Positions 55,566-64,000 of a stretch of DNA of 64,000 nucleotides are shown piece by piece. Where the stretch lies: positions 77,755,741 through 77,819,740 of the forward strand of contig CM041465.1 of NCBI GenBank assembly GCA_023213395.1, read 5' to 3'. The notes beneath the pieces were generated by a model. That model ran no database searches, was not told the origin of the DNA, and saw only the letters and a list, made by a program, of their open reading frames with translations. This DNA comes from Cycas panzhihuaensis (Eukaryota; Plantae; Cycadophyta). Within the stretch, counting starts at the first letter, position 1; every line of letters starts with the position of its first letter. The translations under genes were made by a program, and so were the position numbers.

Positions 55566-56607
55566 AAAAATAGCTTGGTTTTGAATGAATGATCACTGTG
55601 ATAAAAAAAAATAAAAAAAATAAAAAAGGGTTTTGGATGGTTAATACATTGATAAAAAAAATAAAAGAACAGGCATAATGAGCTCTGATACCATGATGGA
55701 AATGGGTACATGAGCAACATCAGGATCACGAAATTAACATCACGGAAATATTGGATATTGAACATGCACACAGTTGTGGTGGAAAACCCCTTACGGGAAG
55801 AAAAACCACCTCCTAAATTCTAGTTTTATTAATAAAATAATACTGAACAAAAACCATGTGGTGAAACCACCTACAGACCAAACCAGCTTTTGAAAAAGGC
55901 ATGAAGACAACCCTCCTAGATTCCTGGGACATGTTCCAGGAATTTAGGAGATTAAATACTAAGGAGGTTCGTTGCAATGCAGTTTCATAATTTCAACGAC
56001 CTTCCACAAATTTAATTAAATAAACCTAAGTTAAAAATATTATAATGACTTAAATTATATTTTAGACATGTGACATAAATAATTACATTAAAATACATAA
56101 GTTTGCATTATACAATCTAACAGAGATAAAACCAAACATTTTGGAGAAATCATCAATGAAGTTTAGAAAATGTATTGCACCTCCAAGTGATATAATTAGC
56201 ATTAGACCACATATCTAAATGAACTAGGTCAAGAGATTCCTTTGCTCTTAAAGCTTTATCTTTCTCAAACTTCTTTCAATGTTATTTATCTATTATACAA
56301 CACTCATACATATTAATTACAGCTTGAATATTAACTAAAGATAAGAGTAATATAAATGTTTTATCCTTTTATATCATAACTAGTTTTTCTAAATTAAATC
56401 AACAATAAAGGCTCTCTAATCTATAAATTTACCTTTAAGCCTATAAAGGCCATCTTCCTTTATACCTATAGCTAAATTTTCCTTTTATAATCTCTAATAG
56501 CAAATTTTTTATATTTAAAGTTGTTAAAGTTTACATAAAATAAAAAAAAATAGTCGATAATTTTAAAATGGAACCCTTTTTAAAGAAAACCATTAGAGAG
56601 AAAATTT

Positions 56608-59600
56608 TGTTAGAAAATATGAAATACAGCTTTGATACCATGTTAAAATATGAATTCTATGATTACAATAGGCAAAATGAGTGAGTGGATGAATGATAAA
56701 ATGGAGCACTAGAAAGATAAAGCATATACAAGTTAATACAACAAAGGTGGAAGAGTGATTAAACTTCATATTAGAGCAAAAGATGATACACATACTTATA
56801 TTATAGCTTACCACATATGTGAGAACCCTTAATGTTTAACTGTTATATGTTGTTATATATTTCTATGCAGTAAATAACTTAAGGAGACCTATATTATAAA
56901 ATACAAATAAACTATAAAGAGTGTGAATGAGGATAAATATATAATTAGGAATTATACCTAATGTTTTTCCTTATAATAAACAATTATATCAAGTATAAAA
57001 TGTAACATCAAATAATATACATTGAGTCTTTAAATTTACTACATTAAGTTATTATAATAGGATAATCTATTGTTGACATCTATATGAAGAGAACTCCATC
57101 CCTTAGACCACATGGATAAGCATTTGTTGTGGCTACTATTTAGCTAGGATGCTCCTTTGTATACATGATACAATTAGTTCCAAGTCAACTTCACCTAGAG
57201 AACATGTTGTCCTACATAGACAACAAGTAAGTTGATAAAGAAATATGCTAGAGAAGTTAAAAATGGGTCCTACCTCTTGCTAATATGGGATAATACAAGT
57301 AGCTCTTTGGCTTACATAGGCTGACAAATACTTCAATGGGCTATAAACATGTCATTATGGGCTACAAATAGGCTTAATGGGATATAATATCTAGCAATAA
57401 ATGTCATAATCATGATTAAAAAATAGATGTGACTCAAATCCAATATATATAAATAACTCTCTCTAATGGTAATTTTTAATGTAAATTGGGTTCTCAAGAG
57501 CCTATATGATAAATTTTACATGTTACTCCCTTAATTAGGGTACATTACATCAAGATAATAGATAATAAATGATATAGAACCTTTAAAAATATATTTATAT
57601 ACCTAATAATGATAAAAAAATCATAAAAATATAAGTTTTTAAAATAAAATTTGACTTTGAGCTTAAATATCTACATTAAATTAGCTTTAAATAATATCAA
57701 GTGACCTATCAAATGAAAGCTCTCTTAGTTACAAATTCAACACAACTAATAGGACTAAAAATGAAGTCTATATTATTAAGTTATGAATGAAAAGCTAACA
57801 TTGACTCCTTCGAGGCTAAAAAAATTGGGACTTAGCCCCTTTCATGTTGAGCAAGTAGTCACATTAGACCTTGATATAGTCAGGGGCTAAATGTAGAGGG
57901 GGTTACAAATCTCAAACTTTATCAAATTTAGCTTAATAAATTTTTATGTTTAAGAAAAACTTTAACTTTATTTTATAAAAAATTCACATATACAAAAATG
58001 AAGAATGTGATTAAAAAGATAAATATCAAAATATTTATTTGATAAAATACTTTGACCTCTCAAATTTTAGGGTTTCATTTTCTTTTTATATGTTAATAAG
58101 TTAGCAATGTGGTGGTGATTTTTTCATTAGAGTGTTATCATCTTCATGTATATGGGGGAAAACATTTATGCTTATACATAGGGACAATGCATTCTTAGTC
58201 TTAGTCTAGGTTCCATTTGGCTCTCTGCATTGACATTTATTTCTTACCTTTATGCAATCATTAATACCCATTTGTTTCTTGCCTTTATATGATCACTAAT
58301 ACAAATGGCATTTTGGGTGCTGCTACATGACTATCTTTGTAACTCCTCTCTCTATTATTATACCTTGCACAAGTCTATTTGCCACTAGAATCTTAACCTA
58401 CCATTTAATCATTTATCTTTCTCTAGGAAGTGCATTCTTTATTCATTCATTGGTCATCTCACACATAGTAGTTGTGACATCCTTAATGTGACTACCCTAA
58501 TAGAGAGGATTAGGTTAAATATACCATGATAGTTGACCCCTAAAAAAAATTAATCTAATATAACTACTTTGCGTCTATCTTATATACAAAACTTAGTTTT
58601 TGTGCTCTCCATTTATCAAGTTTCTCCCCTTTTGTATACTTATTACGTATTGTAGGGAGACTCTTGTATGTGAAGATTAATAATTTTACATTGATCTATA
58701 GAGAGATCACATATGGAAAATGGATATAGAAATGAATATGAGTTATTGCTTCAATAATATGCTAAGTGATGATCTAGGTGTTATTATATCCATGGATAGA
58801 CTCTAAAGATAGGGAGATAAACCACAAACAATAACTTCTTACTGACCCCTTTTCTTTAACAGGTGGATTTTAGAGAGTTTTTAGTAGTTCTACAACAAGA
58901 TTAAGAAAAATATTTTCCCTCAACATACAAAGTATCATAATAGAAAAGAAAGGTTATGAAGCAAAACTTGTTATAGTAAATCTTCTCAATATATTACAAT
59001 ACATTTCATATTAGCAAGTACTTTAATAGTAGAATTCTATATATTTCTCTCCTTTTTAAAAATGCAGATGCAATAGTTCATTATCTAGTAGAAATATGAC
59101 TTCAAACAACCACTACATTTCTTCTTCTTTTTTTTGCATTTTTTTCATAGTTTCTTTTGATATCATACTTTGTTATATTTATAAGGTGATCAGGCTTGCA
59201 CTTTTAGCTAGTCTATTTTTTTTTCTATAATAAATAATAGCTTTAAATATACATTTTTATAACTTTTAAATTAGATAATACATACTTAAAATTAGATGCC
59301 CACATGCTGTCAATAATAGCCACAAAAATATTTTTGACAAATTAAAAGAATGCTTCTCTCTACCATAAAGTTCTTCCTAATTGTATCTTTAAAAAAACTC
59401 CTTTTAGCAACTTCAAATTGCTTTAAGACAAGCTTTAAACAACATTTTTAATATCTCTAAATAGGCTTCAAAATAACCTTACAATAGTTTCATAATAGTA
59501 ATAAAATAACTCCTTAAAATTTTAAAAGAATGATGAAAATACAATACTTAAATATGCATAAAAAATATAGCCCTCAAATATCTTGAAAATAACTCTTCAA

Positions 59601-60078
59601 ATGGATAAATCATATCAATAAAATAGATATAAAATTAGGTTCCTAAAAGTAGCATGATAAGGCTTTAAATAATTTAAAAAATAGGCTCTAAAATATTTCC
59701 CTCAAGGATTGAACCTTAGGCTCTAATACCACTTGTTAGAAAATATTAAATGCAACTATGATACCATGTTATAATATGAAACAACTATGATCATAATAAA
59801 AAAAATGGTTGAGTGAATGAATGATAAAATAAATCACTAAAAATATGAAACATTTACAAGTTAACATAATAAAGGTGGAATAATAATCAAACTTCAAATT
59901 AGAATAAAGATGATAATACAAATTGCCACATGTTTAAGAACCCTTAATGGTTAACTATTATGTGTTGTCACATATTTCTATATGGTACACAACTCAAGGA
60001 GACCTATAATATAAAATACAAATAAACTAGAGAGTGTGTGAATGGGGGTAAACATGTAATTGGGTATTACATCCAATA
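56608..60078 (-). mobile_element. Non-autonomous LTR element F (same lineage as G, related to H)
   Basis: LTRs 59734-60078 (5') and 56608-56963 (3'), PBS TGGTATTAGAGCC at 59731-59719, purine tract at 56976-56964, flanks AATTT/AAATT(T). No gag/pol recognised. Confidence 0.85.
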
Positions 60079-60100
60079 AAATTTTCACTTAATTAATAAA

Positions 60101-60102
<2 letters not shown>

Positions 60103-60162
<60 letters not shown>

Positions 60163-60194
60163 GACACACACAGAGACACAGACACACACACACA
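60103..60194. repeat. (TA)n plus (CA/GA)n compound microsatellite
   Basis: Read directly from the sequence. Confidence 0.95.
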
Positions 60195-60890
60195 AATAAT
60201 AATAATATTGATACATCGAGCTAATAATAATTTTTAACAAAAGTTAATAATCATATTATTACTCTCAATCTAATTAATAGAGATTAAAATTTTCTTCAAA
60301 CTTAAAATATATAGTATAGTATTAATATAACAATTCTTATTATTAGTTGATTATTAATAATATATATTGTAAGATAAAAATTAACTTCTTTCCCATTCTC
60401 ATTACCCTATGATTAACGATAAGTAAAGTTATAAATTATGAAGCAATAGTCAAAGTAAAACTTAAGTATGAAGATGGGAATAGATATGCCTAGTAGTGAA
60501 GTGATACATAAGTGAGAGGGATTGATTTGATGTTGAAGTCACCATAGTGATTATGAGTATACTCATCAAGGAAATTAAGGGCTATAGTGCTTTATACACT
60601 CAAATTTCATTGCAAATCCAAATTCCTATGCATGTAGAAACTAAAAAATATCAAAGATGCTAAAATTTAGATCACTAATTATATGCAAAAATTAGATTTT
60701 GTTTTGTAGGTGCTTAAGCTAGATTTGGTCCAGTATTTATTATTTCATTCTCTTGTTTAAGTATAATGACCAAGATAGGCATTGGAGAGCTTTTGAGGGG
60801 ATTTAAATTATTGTTGATGATTAGGAGGATAGAATGCTCAACTTTGATAGGGTATGGGTATTCTAAGGGGTAGGGTTTTATTTTGTAGTT

Positions 60891-62460
60891 ATGGATCCTA
60901 TGGGCCCACCTTCCAATCTAAAGGGTGATGCCATTAATTCTTTGGGTAATAAGAATAATGATGTTTTGCAAAACTTACTCTTCAATTCTCATAAAATATT
61001 AGAAGATAAACGCCTAGTTAAATGTAAAGGTTTCTTTAAGAAGTTGGATTCCATCCTTAGGGTAAAATTTGATAAGTCTTTTTTGCCTAGATATTTTGAG
61101 AATTTATCCATATGTAGGTTAATATATAATTTTTTTAATCTATGGTCATTGTTAAGAGGTTTGGAGATGTGGATAAGGTCTAAATAGCCTTTGATCATTT
61201 TGCATACACCTAAGGTATGCTTAGTTGGAAGAGGATTTTTTGTGGTTATTTTTAAATCCATAGAAGACTAGGATATGATTTTTGATAGAGATCCATTGTT
61301 CATATAAAGCAATGGCTTATTCATGAAATTATAGAATCTTATCTCTGATCACAAGTAAGGAACTCTAAATTGCATCCTAATCTAGGTTAAACTTTCTTTC
61401 TCTTCCTCTTCATTTTTAGAGCAAAAAAGCCTTTATGATTATTGGTTTGACTCTAGGTACTTTTATGAAGACTACTAAAGCTATAAAGATTAGGAAGAAT
61501 TCCTCACTTATCAGTCTCTACATAGAGATGAACATGTTGAAAGGGGTTCTAAGGAAGATAGATATTGAGATCTAAGATTAAATTTGGCTATAGGATGTGG
61601 ACAATAAATAAATCCCTTTTAATTATGGTAAATACCACCAATATAGGCACTTTATCAATGATTTTCCTCCCAAGAAATCTAATCCTATATCAATGAATAA
61701 TTAGGCATTCGACCTCTCAAGGGTAAATCCTACTTAGGATGTTGATAATAATATTAGATATATTGATGGATTCATCAAGGTGTAATGGAAGTGTCCAAAA
61801 GAAAACTAAAATTAGATGAGTCATCTTAAAAAATATAATAATATGTCAATTTTAAAATTTTTTGAAATTTTGAATAAAGATAATATTAATGGAACATAAG
61901 ATTATTCAGAGGTCTAGGAACTAATTTAGATTTTTGAGATTAATATACAAAGCTCCTCAAATCTCATGACTTAAGATAAAATGCTTTGGTAAAGTGATTG
62001 ATCAAATTTTGTTTATGATCATAGACAAAGAGTAGTTTGAAAGGCAATATGACATACATGATTATTTAGACATATATGATGATTTAAATGTGTATGATGA
62101 TGTGAACATGCATGGTGATATGACTATACATGTGAATATAGATCAATATAATAATAAGAATCTCTATAACCCTCTTGATAACAAGCTAAATCTAGAAAAA
62201 ATTAGGCAAGCAACTAATATTAGGTATATACTTGATTCCTCAACTAGTTCTAGAGGTGGATTATGGTCCTTTAAAGAAAAGAAAGGTTAGAAGAACAATG
62301 ACATCAAAAAACTTACTAAAAGATATGGCTTGTGAAATAGAGGAAGTGACTTAGTTATATATTAATTTAGGGAGTGAACATTTCTATATTATTAAGTAAT
62401 GTAAGAAAGGGTGTCTTTAGGCTATGGTAGGCCTAAGACCAAAATAGATAGACGATGCAA
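60891..62460 (+). mobile_element. Old L1 LINE 5' part: ORF1 (DUF4283-like plus zinc knuckle), ORF2 lost
   Basis: LEMWIRSK*P..VGRGFFVVIFKSIED*DMIF..GLFMK..I*VKL, then a decayed knuckle IPFNYGKYHQYRHFINDFP (~61610-61670). Confidence 0.75.
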
Positions 62461-62479
62461 TATGAAGAAATAAATTTGG

Positions 62480-63149
62480 TAGGATGTTGGCTTGATATTA
62501 TTATTGTTCTATAGTATTACTATCCTTATACCTCATTCTAGGTGGAGTAACATTCTAAAAATAGCTAATATTTATAATTACTTTTTTTATAAATAGAAAA
62601 AAATTTCTATTAAAAAAAATTCTCATCATTAGTTTTAATTATGGGTACTTATCTAATTCTTTCAACTTTTAGGATGATATCATCACTAAGTGTCACTAAT
62701 TGAATAACCACCTTCCACATGTGTCTAAACCATTCTAATTTATTTATCATATGTTTAGTTATAGTTGAGTTTATATACCATGCCTCATCAAAATTATGAT
62801 TGACCTAGTTAACTATAAGGAAATGTTTCTTGCCCTTTTTGCCTCAATTTGATAAATTACTTGAAAAGTTACTTGATTATTATTTTTTCTCTAATGATTT
62901 TGTTAATCATTTAGTTTCTTTTTATTCCCCTAATCAAACTATAATTTCTTATAATTGTTTTTGAAATGTTTAGGTTTTCCATAGAAATAATATAGCTTTG
63001 GTTTATCATGTCCCTTAGGACCTTCCTTTTGAATATTTTATGGATTCTTCTTTTTTAGAATGAAGGGATTCTTCCTTTCTTGTTTAATTACAAATAGAAG
63101 AGTATCTTGCATCATTATCTTTTAATAGTCGTCCATGTTATAATAACAC
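62480..63149 (-). mobile_element. Ty1/copia gag knuckle and protease fragment
   Basis: Minus strand YYFYGKPKHFKNNY (decayed CCHC) and EAWYINSTITKHMINKLEWF..VTLSDDIILKVERI. Confidence 0.75.
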
Positions 63150-64000
63150 TATTGGTGTAATATTTAATTATATTTAAACCTCCATTCACACTCTCTTATA
63201 TATTTGTTGATTATTATATCCATAGTCACCTTGAGTTATGTGCCATATAAAAATATGTAATAACACATAATAGTTAACCTTTGAGGGTTCCTATTTATGG
63301 TTAGTTGTATTATAAATATATACATTATCTTTTATATAATTTGAAGTTTAGTCATTCTTCCACTATTCTTTATATTTTTACTTGTGAATACTTCATTTGT
63401 ATTGAGCTTATCGTTTTATTTTTTCACTCACCACTTTGATTCATCCTTATTTATTATTATGTCTATATTACATGCTTCTATCTTATTCCAACATAATGGT
63501 ATCAAAGTTGTATCTCCATTTAAATTCCAATATGGCATTGGAGCACAAGGTTCAAATCCTTAATGGTAGTTATACACCCTATTCTTTTCAATTTTTTAGA
63601 GTCATTTAAATGTTATTTTAGGAATCTATTTTAGTGCCTATTTAGTGACCTGACTTGTCATTCTATAAAAAGATTTTTCAAAGCTATTAAGGGTTATTTT
63701 TCAAACATAAAGATATAGATTTTTTTGGGGCAGATTTATTATCATGTTTGAAGATTTTCTTTTGGGGTTATTTATTACTATTTTTCAGTAATTTTTTAAG
63801 GGTTGTTTGAAGTTGTTATAAGGTTGTTTTTGAGCCCATTTTAACTATAATAAGGAGTTGTTATACAATAAAATTTTGATTAAAAAAGAGTCTTATTTTC
63901 TAACATGCTCATAAGGCTTTTGAAGCTATAGAAAGATGCATGTTATTACAGAAAAAATGGTAGATTTAAAGGCAAAACTACCATGCTAACTTTTTTATAA
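63150..64000 (+). mobile_element. Non-autonomous LTR element G, 5' part (F family), runs off the right edge
   Basis: LTR 63150-63532 resembles the reverse complement of the F LTRs. PBS TGGCATTGGAGC 63533-63544 is followed by AAGGTTCAAATCCTT, as in F. Confidence 0.8.

Larger units (their letters stand above)
48685..56122 (-). mobile_element. Youngest Ty1/copia element D, full-length
   Basis: LTRs 55694-56122 (5') and 48685-49124 (3'), canonical PBS TGGTATCAGAGC (55693-55682), PPT at 49125-49136, perfect TSD GAGAT (48680-48684 / 56123-56127). Confidence 0.97.
48130..60410 (-). mobile_element. Old Ty1/copia fragment E (protease-integrase), split by D and F
   Basis: Minus strand: ILYILSLKKILISIN (~60250-60320), LDLVHLDMW..FLNFIDDFSK (~56130-56235), KFNDKSFKYIFIRYSEERKAY (~48190-48255). 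Confidence 0.8.

Noticed and set aside
56629-56640. Functional PBS of copia E
   Set aside because: It lies inside the F LTR (same motif at 59756-59766), and E coding sequence resumes beyond 60085.
60899-60910. TATGGGCCCACC match to the tRNA-iMet complement
   Set aside because: Only 12 nt, inside LINE ORF1, with no tRNA structure; likely chance.

Overview
AT-rich plant nuclear DNA (heavily deaminated, gymnosperm-like, though the taxon cannot be fixed from sequence alone), made almost entirely of nested, decayed retroelements. I can resolve several Ty1/copia elements or fragments (two with paired LTRs, PBS, PPT and perfect 5-bp TSDs: 23080-35904 and 48685-56122), two Ty3/gypsy gag-bearing relics, two L1 LINEs (one with EN-RT-zf-RNase H, poly(A) and a 15-bp TSD) and microsatellites. 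Nesting reaches four levels, or five if the outermost copia halves belong together. No intact protein-coding gene is evident, apart from a weak first-exon candidate at the left edge. The most notable observation is a family of non-autonomous LTR elements (11638-15414, 56608-60078, 63150-end) that share 5' and 3' cis modules but differ in the middle. One carries a frameshift-free, apparently intron-less ERECTA-family kinase fragment next to a probable hAT transposase relic. Several LTRs also carry a relic tRNA-iMet PBS about 30 bp inside their 3' end. All identifications were made by eye; no database searches were run.
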